DNA of 53,837 nucleotides, filler included, from Squatina squatina (taxonomy: Eukaryota): assembly GCA_031763465.1 (NCBI GenBank). It is 3 parts of 3 records of this genome, joined end to end, with 100 filler letters (N's around TTAATTAATTAA, not from the genome) between each part and the next. Parts side by side here need not be neighbours in the genome. Positions count along the whole stretch, not along the records: positions 1 to 23,770 come from JARFOE010000115.1; 2 more parts are not named here. One strand, written 5' to 3'. Shown in pieces: positions 1-11,446 of the stretch. A program made the translations under genes and the position numbers. Below the pieces are notes generated by a model. The model saw nothing but the letters and a program-made list of their open reading frames with translations. It had not been told where the DNA came from and searched no databases. Numbering within the stretch: position 1 is the first letter of the stretch; every line of letters starts with the position of its first letter.

Positions 1-260
1 GAGCAACTCTGATTATAATCGCTGAACGATCGGTGGCTGTGCCTTCAGCTGTCTAGGCCCTAAGCTCTGGAACTCCCTCCTTAAACCTGTCTTTCGTCCT
101 TTAAGACGCACCTTTATAGCCTACCTCCTTGACCAAGCTTTTGGTCATCTGCTCTAATTTCTTATGTGGCTCGGTGTCAATTTTTTGTCTTATAATACTC
201 TTGTGAAGGGCCTTGGTACATTTTACTATGTTGAAGGTGCTATATAAATACAAGTTGTTA
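1..260 (+). mobile_element. 3' end of an L2-clade LINE (truncated)
   Basis: Reads as the decayed end of ORF2 (GGCAFSCLGPKLWNSL) followed by a tail ending aaggtgctatataaatacaagttgtt. A closely related copy lies at 19210-19652. Confidence 0.7.
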
Positions 261-281
261 ATGATTTTCTCTTCAAACCAG

Positions 282-537
282 TGCGCTGGATTCAGAAAAC
301 GAGTACTTGGTGCAGGAAGCTTTGGACCGATTGATGGAAGGAAGAACAGTGCTGATCATTGCCCATCGCCTCTCGACTATTCAGAATGCGGATGCTGTTG
401 CTGTCCTTGATCAGGGCAGGATAGTAGAGTGTGGCACACACCGCCAACTGCTTGCAAATTCTGAGGGATTATTTCGAAAACTTGTGGAGAAACAGGCGTT
501 TTTACAAGACAGTCGAAGACTTGTGTTGAATGCGTAA
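282..537 (+). CDS. ABCB10: ABCB10 mitochondrial ABC transporter, last coding exon
   Basis: Acceptor ttttctcttcaaaccag at 281. Translates (S)[37 protein letters not shown]...KQAF...*, containing the ABC D-loop and H-switch. Adjacent to NUP133 as in other vertebrates. Confidence 0.92.
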
Positions 538-1257
538 ATGTGCCTAAATTTTAATCATTTTTTCCACCCTGGAAAAAAAATACATAGAGGCCAAAGATGG
601 CAGAGAAACACTGGGTTTTGATTGACTGACTGCAGCACCGATTGGTAAGTAGATTTTAAGCCTGCAATTCTGCACAGTGAGAATTCAGGATCTCTGCTGT
701 GACACTGAGGTAGATGGTGAAAAGTATCAGGTGCTGACCAAGTGGAAGTCAGGAAGCCCACTTCACCCCTGAGCCACATTTCGTACATCTCGCAGGACCA
801 GCTGCACCGTGGCAATGTGGGACCCCATGGCAAATCTTCAGCCTGCGCTCTCGCACGGGGAAAGATGTAGAGCGACTCTGGAAGAATGAGAAAACAAATT
901 TTTCAATGGCTGAAGTATCTCTTCCACCAAATTTTAAAAACTTTTATACTTTTTGAGAGCCTTCTTCAAGGAGTGGGGGAGCCTCATGTTTGATAAATAA
1001 CTTTCTCCACATGATACACGGGACACTAAATTCCTCTCTGACATGAAGTAAAAGACTTGGACTGGTCCATTTAGAGAATATGTACAATTCTTTGTATTTT
1101 GTGGAATTCAGAAGTATAGTAAAATGTTTATAATTCATTGAAGAGATGTTTCTTTGAATAATTAATCCTGGATGTTTATAAATACATATATGGATTTTAA
1201 ATTGGTACTACAGAGACACTTAACCCTTTGAGATCTGTGGTACCATTTTTACAGCAA

Positions 1258-1263
1258 AATAAA
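1258..1263 (+). promoter_or_regulatory. Candidate ABCB10 polyadenylation signal AATAAA
   Basis: AATAAA about 720 nt after the stop codon, followed by T-rich sequence. Confidence 0.45.
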
Positions 1264-1576
1264 AATATTACCAATTTCTAACTTATTTTAAATCGAGTCT
1301 TTATTTTACCTATCCTGTTTCTACCAATTTTCTCCTCTCCCTGCCCCCCATATGTTGTTGAGTACGTACAATTTCGCCTAAGACCCTGAAGTAAGTGAAA
1401 CTCTGAGCCAATCACAGGCAGTGCAGTGACCAGCAAAAGGACGAAGGAGCATTAGATCAGCCCCCACCCCTCCAGCNNNNNNNNNNNNNNNNNNNNNNNN
1501 NNNNNNNNNNNNNNNNNNNNNNNNNNNNNNNNNNNNNNNNNNNNNNNNNNNNNNNNNNNNNNNNNNNNNNNNNNNN

Positions 1577-3085
1577 GCGGTCCTTCAGTCGTGGGGTCAA
1601 ACATTCTGGGATCCAGGTGTAGGGTCAGTCCAGGATTAGTTGGTCAGTCCGGGGGTCATGCGGTCAGCCAGTCTGGGGGTCAGTTGTTCAGTCCTGGGAT
1701 CATCAGGTCTGTCAGTCTGGGGGTAGGTCAGTCATCAGTGCAGGGTTCGGTTGGTCAGTCCTGGGGTTTTGCGGTCGGTCAGTCCGTGTGTCAGATTGTT
1801 AGTCCAGAGCAGATGTTGAGTCCAGGGGCCAGTTAGTCAGACTGGGGTTCAGGCTGCCAGTATGGGGGCTGGTCAGTCAGTCAGTGCGTGGGTCAGTTGT
1901 TCAGTCCGGTGGTCAGATTGTCATTATGGAGGCAGAATGCATGTCTGTGGTCAGGCATGTGTCAGTGCAGGGGTCCGACTTGTTGTCAGACTGATGGTCA
2001 GTTGGTGAGTCCAGGCATCAGTTGGTCAGTCTGGGAGACATACAGTCAGTCAACCCATGGGTCGGTCAGGCAGTCTGGAGGTATAACCTGGGGTCAGTCC
2101 AGGGGACAGGCGTGGGGTCAATCCAAGTGTCATTTGGTCCATCCAGAGGTTGTACGGTCCATCAGTCCAGGGGTCCGTTAGGACGTCCGGAGGCCGAGGG
2201 TCGGTCATCTGGGGGCCGTGCAGTTGGTAATTCCAGGGGTTAGTCGGTCAGTCTGGGGGTCAGTCATGGGTCGGGCATGGGATCAGGCTGGGGATCGGGC
2301 ATGGGACCAGTCCGGCTGTCAGTTGGTCAGTCCGGCAGTCATGCGGTCAATAAGTCCGGGAGTCGGGCGTGCGGTTGTTCTGGGGATCGGGCATGGGGTC
2401 AGTCTGGGGGTCAGTTGATCAGTGTTGGGGTTGTGCAGTCGGTCGATCTGAGTGTCAGTTGGTCACTCCAGTGATCGGTCAGTCAGTCAGTCCGGGGGTC
2501 GTTAGCTCAATCCGGCGAGTGGCGGTAGATCAGTTCGGGGGTCAGTCAGTCAAGTGGTCGGGCAGTCGGTCGGTCCGGCAGTCCTTCAGTCGTGGCGGCA
2601 GGCAGTCAATCAGTCCATGGATTGCTAAATCTGGAATTTGGGCCGTCAGTTATTTCGGGGGTCAGTTGGTCAGTCATGGAGTTCTGGCATGGGGTCAGTC
2701 TGGGGGTCAGTTGGTCAGTCCATGGGTCAGTCAGTCCATTCGTCCGGGGATTGGTGTGGGATCAGACCAGGAGTCGGGCGTGGGGTCAGTCCCAGGTCAA
2801 TTGTTCAGTCCAGGGGTCATGAAGTCGGGCATCCAGGGGACAGTTGCTCTGTCTGGGGGTCGCACGGATGGCCAGTCCAGTAGTCAGTTGCTCAGACCTG
2901 GGTCGTGCAGTCGGTCAGGTGGTCAGTCCAGGGGTCATGCGGTCAGTCAGACTGGGGGTCAGTCATTCATTCCAGGGGTTGGTCAGTTGGTCAGTCCGGG
3001 GGTCAGTAGGTCCGTCCGGGGTTCAGGCAGTAGGTCATTCCGGCAGTCAGTCAGTCCAGTGGTCAGGCGGTCAGTCAGACTGTGA
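1577..3085. repeat. Degenerate G-rich minisatellite, ~20-bp unit like GGTCAGTCAGTCCGGGGGTC
   Basis: Dense GGTCAG/CAGTC/GGGGGTC motifs over 1.5 kb. The overlapping G/S/V/Q-rich ORFs are by-products of the repeat. Confidence 0.85.
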
Positions 3086-3201
3086 TTTGCTAAATCCCTG
3101 AGCAATCAGAATATATTTTTCACTGCGTGTAATGACTTGATTTTGAGATTTAAATATAGTCACTGTTGAGTTTTAACTGGAATTATTTATTTTATTTTAA
3201 G

Positions 3202-3320
3202 TCCAACCCCAACCAGAGGAGCACAGTATCAAACAGTTGGCGAGACCCTCAACTATGAAATCAGGAGTTTTGGATCTTCTCTTCCTGTTAAGGTTATGGA
3301 GGCTATAACACTAGCTGAAG
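3202..3320 (+). CDS. NUP133: NUP133 early coding exon (probably exon 2)
   Basis: ag|...|gtaact, 119 nt. Translates [39 protein letters not shown], matching the recalled NUP133 motif [20 protein letters not shown]. Not in the ORF track. Confidence 0.9.
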
Positions 3321-3568
3321 GTAACTTTCTTTTTGTTAATAAGCAACTAATTGGTGCATAAACATTTACTCAGTGCTGTGTGTTATGAGAGTTTGGAACT
3401 TTTTCATTGCTAAGTGCATTACTTCCAATGTGTCTTCTCAGTGAGACAGTAAACTGTGCTTCCCTGCCNNNNNNNNNNNNNNNNNNNNNNNNNNNNNNNN
3501 NNNNNNNNNNNNNNNNNNNNNNNNNNNNNNNNNNNNNNNNNNNNNNNNNNNNNNNNNNNNNNNNNNNN

Positions 3569-4270
3569 GAGCTTGTACTGGCTCTCTGCAAGAGCACTTC
3601 AGCTAGCCCCACTACCCTGCCCTTTCCCTGTAGGCCAGCAGATGTTTTCTTTGTTACACATCCAACTCTCTTTTTGAAAGCAGTGATCCTTTCAGGCAGT
3701 GCATTCCAGATCCTAACCACTCGCTGTGGTAAAAGGTTTTCTCTTATGTCGCCTTTGGTTCTTTTGCCAATCACCTTAAAGCTGTGTCTTCTGGTTCTCG
3801 ACCCTTTTGCCAGTGGGAACACTTTCTTTCTATCTACTCTGTCTAGACCCCTCGTGATTTTGAGCACCTATCAAACCTCTCGACTTTCGCTCTAAAGAGA
3901 ACAACCCCAGCCTCTCCAGTCTATCCACGTAACTGAAGTCCCTCATCCCTGGAATCATTCTCGTAAATCCTTTCTGCACCTCTTGAGTCCTTCGCATCTT
4001 TCCTAAAGTGCGGAGCCCAGAATTGGACACACTATTCCAGTTGACGCCGAACCAGTGTTTTATACAGGTGGTTCATAATTTCCACGCTTTTGTACTCTAT
4101 GCCTCTATTCATGAAGCTCAGGATCCTGTAAGCTTTTTTTCAACTGTTTTCTCAACCTGCCCTGCCGCCTTCCAACGATTTGTGCACATATACCCCAGGT
4201 CTCTCTGTTCATACACTCACTTTAGGATTGTACCCTTAATTTATATTTCTTCTCATTCTTTCTACCAAAA
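3569..4270 (-). mobile_element. CR1-type LINE 3' fragment
   Basis: Minus-strand translation gives ...FTRMIPGMRDFSYVDRLERLGLFSLE...GLDRVDRKKVFPLAKGSRTRRHSFKV...QRVVRIWNALPE, the typical CR1 ORF2 C-terminus, with frameshifts. Confidence 0.85.
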
Positions 4271-4553
4271 TATATGATGTGGGAGGCTATTTGTAAACGG
4301 CAGATGCGTCCTGTCTGAAGTAAGGAATTGAAGGCTTTCAACCGAGGGAGACAAACCTGAATAATTCCGGTTATTGTGCTGTCTCCTTGGCATATTTTTC
4401 TGCTGAATTTTCTTGGAGATCTTTTGAAAATCAGAATTATAACTTAACTTTATATGAAGATTGCAAACAATGCATAACTTTGAAATGCTTCTCATAGTTT
4501 AACAGAGCAATGCAAGGTGGTTGAGCTGTATGTATATTATGTTCTCTTCACAG

Positions 4554-4648
4554 ATGGAAGTAGGTTTAGCAACACCTCCCTGCTATTGCTTCATCAGCTG
4601 GAAGATAAGATGAAGGCCCATTACTGTTTGATGGAATTTCTTCAGGAT
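4554..4648 (+). CDS. NUP133: NUP133 internal exon
   Basis: cag|...|gtaagt, 95 nt. Translates [31 protein letters not shown]. Confidence 0.9.
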
Positions 4649-4674
4649 GTAAGTGTTAGTTCAAAGAAAGAAGA

Positions 4675-5010
4675 ACTTGCTTTCATATAGTGCCCTTCAT
4701 GTCCCAAAGTGTTTCACAACTATTGAATTACTTTTGAAGTCAGCCGTTGTTATGTAGGCAAGTGCAGAAGCTATTTTACGCACAGCAGAATCCCTCAAAC
4801 GGTGAATGAGATAAATGGCCAGTTCTGATTTTGGTGGTTGTGGGAGGAATGCAGGCCAGGCATCTTGTCTCCCTCCTCCCTTGTATCCACATGAATAGCA
4901 GACAAGATCGCGATTTAACGTTTCATGCAAAAAGCAGCATCTCTGCAGTCCTTACAACTGCTTGTGTCCTGGAGTGAAGCTTCAATCTATGACCTGCTGA
5001 CTCAGGTGGC
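4675..5010 (-). mobile_element. Decayed Deu-domain SINE
   Basis: Reverse complement resembles the copies at 5965-6322 and 47256-47654. Confidence 0.55.
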
Positions 5011-5305
5011 AATCACTCGGCAACGTTCGTATTAAGCAAAATTTCAACAGTAAATCCATCTGAATATTGTGCCCCTTGCGCCGCTGTGTCCCCCAATGAA
5101 GACAAAACACACAATGATAGGGGAATGGGATTGGAGTAAATAACTACAGTCGAAAAGCTGGCGCTAGCACAGGCATGACGGGCCGAATGGTCATCTATGA
5201 TTTTAATTTCTGTGAAAGAATGACTAGACCTCGGAGAAACTTTTCATGCTGTTCAGCATCGAATGTGTTGATCCCAATGGATTTTTTTTTTTAACAAAAA
5301 TTTAG

Positions 5306-5530
5306 ATGGAATTACTAAATCGCCTCGAGACTGTTGTGGTGCGTGGAATCCCTATGGCAACCCGTCTCCTGCTCTGTGAGCATGCTGAGAAGCTCTCTGC
5401 CGCTATTGTTCTGAAAAACCACCACACCAAGCTTCCTGACCTTGTAAATGCAGCGATTAACTATGCTCTGTGCAAACAGAATGAGAGCATTCCACCGAAC
5501 CTGACCCCAGCAGATGTTTTCTTCAGGGAG
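5306..5530 (+). CDS. NUP133: NUP133 internal exon
   Basis: tag|...|gtatgg, 225 nt, phase 0. Translates ...[29 protein letters not shown]...[11 protein letters not shown]. Confidence 0.95.
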
Positions 5531-5819
5531 GTATGGTGCTCTGTTTAGGTTACAGCGTTTAGAGGATGTGAAATACATTGATGGAACGATTACTGCTATC
5601 TGTCAGAAAAGTACGAGATTAACCTTGTTGAGATGAAAGTTATGTTTTATTTCTAACAATTTGAGGCTAAAGCACTTTTATACACATTACAACTTGTGAT
5701 CTGCATTGCCCAGTTGTCTGATTTTGGTGGATTAGTCAATAATGACCATAAGTAATGGTTTTCAACAGATTATTGAAGCCTGACATGAAGATTGATTGCG
5801 TGGGCAGGAAGAGTGAGCT

Positions 5820-5862
<43 letters not shown>
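5820..5862. repeat. Compound (GT)n(AT)n microsatellite
   Basis: Seen directly. It abuts an assembly gap. Confidence 0.95.
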
Positions 5863-5964
5863 CNNNNNNNNNNNNNNNNNNNNNNNNNNNNNNNNNNNNN
5901 NNNNNNNNNNNNNNNNNNNNNNNNNNNNNNNNNNNNNNNNNNNNNNNNNNNNNNNNNNNNNNNA

Positions 5965-6322
5965 GCACTTTACAGCCAACAAAGTACTTTTGAAGTGCAG
6001 TCACTTGTAAATATAGGATACGCAGCAGCCAATTTGTGCATAGCAAGCTCCCATAAACAGTTGTGAAATCCATGAACAGGTAATCTGTTTTTGTGATTTT
6101 GGTCAAGAGATAAATATTGGCCAGGACACCAGGGAGAATTTCCCTGCTTTCAAATAGTGCTGTGGCATACGGGGCCTCAGTTTAATGTCTTATCCGAAGG
6201 ACAGCAGCTCCAACAGTGCAACACTGGAGTGTTAAACTAGATTATGTGCTCAAGGCGTTGGACTGGGGCTCCACAACCTACCGCCTCAGAGGTGAGAGTG
6301 CTACCCACTGACCCTCAGCTGT
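5965..6322 (-). mobile_element. tRNA-derived Deu-domain SINE (SacSINE1-like)
   Basis: Reverse complement has a tRNA-like head, a Deu core (cttcggataagacattaaactgaggccccg...ggtgtcctggccaatatttatc) and a ggctgtaaagtgct tail. Confidence 0.75.
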
Positions 6323-6454
6323 CAGATTTTTTTTAAAACCAAAACCTGTTTGTGTTCGACTCAAGCCAGTTTCACGCTTGTACTTGGTGTGTGAAAGAAC
6401 AGATTGGCTACTCGAAGGGGAAAGACTGATACAAACACTTGGTTCATTCAACAG

Positions 6455-6613
6455 AACTTTTCCGATTTCTTGTTCCGCTGGTACATGGAAAAGGGGAAAA
6501 GGGGGAAACTTCTTTCACCGCCAGTGTCCCAGCATGCACAGCTGGCCAGCTTCCTGCAGGCTCACGAACACCTCAGCTGGCTTCATGAAATCAACGTGCA
6601 GAATTTTGAAAAG
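6455..6613 (+). CDS. NUP133: NUP133 internal exon
   Basis: cag|...|gtacta, 159 nt. Translates [53 protein letters not shown]. Confidence 0.95.
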
Positions 6614-7714
6614 GTACTAGATTTTGTTTTGTGTTGTGGTTCTATAATTTTGAAGCTTGCACTGTTTAGATGTACAGATGTGAAATCTTATGAATAGAAA
6701 GAAAAGTCTGCAAAGCCTGGGTATATGGGCCTGAACAGAAAAAAGTTAGTATTTAGGGCGTAAACCCTTCATCGGGACTCCCCAGGTTATTTCTTCTCGG
6801 GGTGTAGGCAGCGCTGGCAAGCTTGGCATTTATTTTCTGTCTCTAGTTGCCCTGAGATAGTGGTGCTGGGGTCATGTGATAGCGCTCTCTGGTGCTGGTG
6901 AGGGGGGGTTCCAGGATATTAACCAGCGGCAGTGTTTTGCAGGCCATGGTGTTAGCCTGATCTTGCGGGCCGTGTCCTTCTTGCTGGTGGAAGTTACGGG
7001 ACTGCGAGGTGCTGGCTGTGAGCATGGTGAGGTTTTATGCCCAAAACGTTAACCAGCTTTGCTCTTTCCAAATGCTGATGGACCCACTGTATTTCCAACA
7101 ATTTCTGTTTGACATCAGTGCGTTGTCCCNNNNNNNNNNNNNNNNNNNNNNNNNNNNNNNNNNNNNNNNNNNNNNNNNNNNNNNNNNNNNNNNNNNNNNN
7201 NNNNNNNNNNNNNNNNNNNNNNNNNNNNNNNNNNNNNNNNNNNNNNNNNNNNNNNNNNNNNNNNNNNNNNNNNNNNNNNNNNNNNNNNNNNNNNNNNNNN
7301 NNNNNNNNNNNNNNNNNNNNNNNNNNNNNNNNNNNNNNNNNNNNNNNNNNNNNNNNNNNNNNNNNNNNNNNNNNNNNNNNNNNNNNNNNNNNNNNNNNNN
7401 NNNNNNNNNNNNNNNNNNNNNNNNNNNNNNNNNNNNNNNNNNNNNNNNNNNNNNNNNNNNNNNNNNNNNNNNNNNNNNNNNNNNNNNNNNNNNNNNNNNN
7501 NNNNNNNNNNNNNNNNNNNNNNNNNNNNNNNTTTCTCCTCCTCCTTCTCTCTCTCTGGTTACAGGAGCCCACTGTAAGGTCTTTGATGGGATCAGATAAC
7601 TCAGTCTAAACTGGGAGTCAGATCTGTGCCTTTCTGGTCCTTGACTTTGTACCATGTGAGTTGGTGGGGTTACTCACTGTCATTTGGGGAGTTCTCCTTT
7701 TCCTGTTCCAACTT

Positions 7715-7940
7715 GCTGCATGAGGAGAAATTTCTTCTCACAGACACTTGTTAAGATCTGGAGCACACCAATTGAAAGGGTGGTTGAAGCAGATTGCATA
7801 GGAACTTTTAAAAGGCCATTCGCCATGCACTTGAAGAGGTTATGGGGAAAAGGCTGTGGTGTGGGGACTAAATTGGACAGCTCTCTCAGAGCCAGCACGG
7901 GCACACGGGCCCCCTTCTGTGCTGCAAGATTCTATGGCTT
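7715..7940 (+). mobile_element. CR1 LINE 3' end fragment
   Basis: Translates MRRNFFSQTLVKIWSTPIERVVEADCIGTFKR, followed by a CR1-like 3' UTR. Confidence 0.65.
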
Positions 7941-8265
7941 TAGTTCCCTCACCCTGGCCCTCCCACTACCATGGCTGGAAGTATATGAGGGTGTCAGTGA
8001 ATGAAGACGTACTGAATTCAGAGTCTGAAGTAGCAATGTAGATGTTTACTGTGCTACACCTGATCTGGAAATGTTTGACATTAACAGACAGTAAGATTAG
8101 AAAGTGTGTCATTGCTCAGAACTGACCGCTTGCCCTCTGCAGCACAAACATTTAGCAACAATATAAAGCTGCAAAAAGCAGGTTGTTAGTGTTTGACAAA
8201 GCTTCTCGTGTTCCCAATGTTTTGCTCCTCTTTCTAAAGCAGAGTTCATTGTGCTCATTTTATAG

Positions 8266-8384
8266 AACTGACTGCGCAAGAGCAGTACCTACTTCATCAG
8301 GAGACCTTGCCAATGGAGTTGCTGGATAAGAAACAGCTCAACATAGACACCATGCCTGTGTTAGCTGCTTCACAACTGATCTAT
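8266..8384 (+). CDS. NUP133: NUP133 internal exon
   Basis: tag|...|gtaagt, 119 nt. Translates [39 protein letters not shown]. Confidence 0.92.
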
Positions 8385-9605
8385 GTAAGTACAGTGGACA
8401 GCTTGTACATGAGGCTGTGTGACTGCTCCAATTGCCCAAAATCATGAATATGTTATGTGTCAAACAACTATCGAAAGGATATTAAAACCATAGAGAGTGT
8501 GCAGGGCAGAGTGACTAGGATAGGAAACTAGTTATGGGGAGTGACATAATACTGGGATTATTTGTACNNNNNNNNNNNNNNNNNNNNNNNNNNNNNNNNN
8601 NNNNNNNNNNNNNNNNNNNNNNNNNNNNNNNNNNNNNNNNNNNNNNNNNNNNNNNNNNNNNNNNNNNNNNNNNNNNNNNNNNNNNNNNNNNNNNNNNNNN
8701 NNNNNNNNNNNNNNNNNNNNNNNNNNNNNNNNNNNNNNNNNNNNNNNNNNNNNNNNNNNNNNNNNNNNNNNNNNNNNNNNNNNNNNNNNNNNNNNNNNNN
8801 NNNNNNNNNNNNNNNNNNNNNNNNNNNNNNNNNNNNNNNNNNNNNNNNNNNNNNNNNNNNNNNNNNNNNNNNNNNNNNNNNNNNNNNNNNNNNNNNNNNN
8901 NNNNNNNNNNNNNNNNNNNNNNNNNNNNNNNNNNNNNNNNNNNNNNNNNNNNNNNNNNNNNNNNNNNNNNNNNNNNNNNNNNNNNNNNNNNNNNNNNNNN
9001 NNNNNNNNNNNNNNNNNNNNNNNNNNNNNNNNNNNNNNNNNNNNNNNNNNNNNNNNNNNNNNNNNNNNNNNNNNNNNNNNNNNNNNNNNNNNNNNNNNNN
9101 NNNNNNNNNNNNNNNNNNNNNNNNNNNNNNNNNNNNNNNNNNNNNNNNNNNNNNNNNNNNNNNNNNNNNNNNNNNNNNNNNNNNNNNNNNNNNNNNNNNN
9201 NNNNNNNNNNNNNNNNNNNNNNNNNNNNNNNNNNNNNNNNNNNNNNNNNNNNNNNNNNNNNNNNNNNNNNNNNNNNNNNNNNNNNNNNNNNNNNNNNNNN
9301 NNNNNNNNNNNNNNNNNNNNNNNNNNNNNNNNNNNNNNNNNNNNNNNNNNNNNNNNNNNNNNNNNNNNNNNNNNNNNNNNNNNNNNNNNNNNNNNNNNNN
9401 NNNNNNNNNNNNNNNNNNCGACACCTCCATCAGTGCAGCACTCCCTCAGCACTGCCCTGAAGTGTCGGCCTGAATCGGGATTTAAACCCATGACCTGCTG
9501 ACTCAGGTGAGAGTGTTTCCACTGAACCAAGCTGATACTCCATATCACCTGGGTGGATTTTGCAATTAATGGTAATTAAGTCAGATTAATATCCAATTTC
9601 TGCAG

Positions 9606-9686
9606 CTTTACATCAGTGATGACAACACTGGAGCGAATGAATATGATTTCAAGAAGGCGCTTGATCTACTGGAGTTCGTTGAGAAG
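9606..9686 (+). CDS. NUP133: NUP133 internal exon
   Basis: cag|...|gtaagg, 81 nt. Translates [27 protein letters not shown], containing the conserved [13 protein letters not shown] motif. Confidence 0.93.
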
Positions 9687-11086
9687 GTAAGGGGGAAAAC
9701 TCCAGTTACTGGAACTGAAGCTTTCTTGCAACTGAGTAGAAAAATAATGAGCATCAGTTGATATTTCACAATGTAATATTTGCTCTGTAGGGTTAAATCT
9801 GATATTTGCCCTTCCCCAAAAGATGATTAATTCCAAAATGTTAGTTGTAAACATTTGTTCTTTCCAGAACTGTTTAGCCGATTTTGCCCTGATTAAGCTT
9901 AGTGCTCTGGATACTAAGATTTTGTATTTCCTTGCAATTGACAGTTTTTTTATATCCCAGAAATATTTTGTTATGCACTCAGAACCAGAAAAAGCATCAG
10001 GTCCATAGGCATTTGCCCCACTTCTTTACTTTGTCGTGTCTCTCCCTCCCACCTCCAGGACAGACAATGGACAATCTCTCAGCCAATTGAGGAAACCTCT
10101 GTCTAAAATTCCCCTGAGGTGATTGGGTGCGCTCCAGGCATGGTCATTACTCCGAATCTCTCTCGCCTTTTGCCATGACCTCATAGCTTTCCATAAATGC
10201 ATCCTCGTTTATTGAAACTCTTAAAATAGATTCACTGCAACAAAACAAAGCACCTCATGTTCAAGTTAGAGTGTCTTGGCTGTTTTCAATTTTTGGGTCT
10301 GAGCAGGATCTGTGGTGGCCCCATACTGATGTTCACTATGTAGACTTTTGTGAAGAATAGTCACTCTGATGTAATGGGGAGAGGGGAAGCTGTGCCCAAA
10401 AAACTGCAACACTGCATCTGTGGGTGTCTTTAGGGGAGAAAATGGAATGCTGAGATTTCCTGAATTGATGCAAACCTGCAGCTGCTCACCTTGTTCTGTA
10501 ATCCCTGAACACTGTAGACCATTGATGAGTTGAAAGTCCTCTTTTGAAGCACTACTCCATTGTTATGCTGTAGAATTCTTTACACAATCTGTACCTCTTT
10601 TCTTACTTCCGCCTTGATTTGTTTCACAATTCCCAGCACCAGCTCACTCACTCTCTGCCTGTGTTTTTCCCTCTGAGGATGTGCTTAGTCTTTGCACGAT
10701 ACTGTAGGTCCTGAGGCAAGTCATGGCCACAGTGCCCATCTCCCACCAATGGAGCAGAATGTACCACCGTTTCTTACATTCTGTGCTTTTAGTTTAAGTT
10801 TTCAACTTTCTATGATTTTCCTCAGTTAGTTCTGGTTGTCTTTAATTGCAGGATAATTTGATAAAAGTGTTTAAAATTATAACTGGGTGGGACAGAGTAG
10901 ATAGAAACAGACTGATTCTAGCAGTAGAAGGGTGTAGAACAAGGGGATGTAGATATAACATTAAATGGATGACATTTAAGACAGGANNNNNNNNNNNNNN
11001 NNNNNNNNNNNNNNNNNNNNNNNNNNNNNNNNNNNNNNNNNNNNNNNNNNNNNNNNNNNNNNNNNNNNNNNNNNNNNNNNNNNNNN

Positions 11087-11325
11087 AAGAAGAGCATGGG
11101 AGGTCTCCCCAGTGTCTTGGCCAACATTTATCCATCAATCAACATCACTTAAAACAGAATGTATGGTCATTATCTCATTGCTGTTCGTGGGATCTTGCTG
11201 TGCAGAAATTGACTGCCACGTTTACTACATTACAACAGTGACTACAATTCCAAAGTACTTCATTGGCTGTAAAGCGCTCTGGGGCGTCCTGAGTTTGTGA
11301 AAGGCGCTGAAATAAATGCAAGTTT
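11087..11325 (+). mobile_element. Deu-domain SINE, 3' half
   Basis: Runs aagaagagcatgggaggtctccccagtgtcttggccaac... to aaggcgctgaaataaatgcaagt. Same family as 47256-47654. Confidence 0.75.
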
Positions 11326-11446
11326 TTCTCTTTCGTTTTATTGGATATCGTAAATTCTTCTTAAGCTACATGGCGGTTACTAGCTTATTATTGCTGGCAT
11401 CATTTTTGTTTTACTCATCTTGATTTCTTGTGTTCTTTCAGAAACA

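Noticed and set aside
1591-3101. Stack of G/S/V/Q-rich ORFs up to 238 aa
   Set aside because: Translations of a degenerate minisatellite. They overlap in all three frames and show no domain.
6994-9548. Long ORFs made mostly of X
   Set aside because: Artefacts of N runs. The same applies to all X-containing ORFs except the TRIP11 one.
11420-11446. ORF-track N-terminal extension of STX11 (MISCVLSET)
   Set aside because: This is the intronic pyrimidine tract and acceptor. The real start is ATG 11447 (MKDRL).
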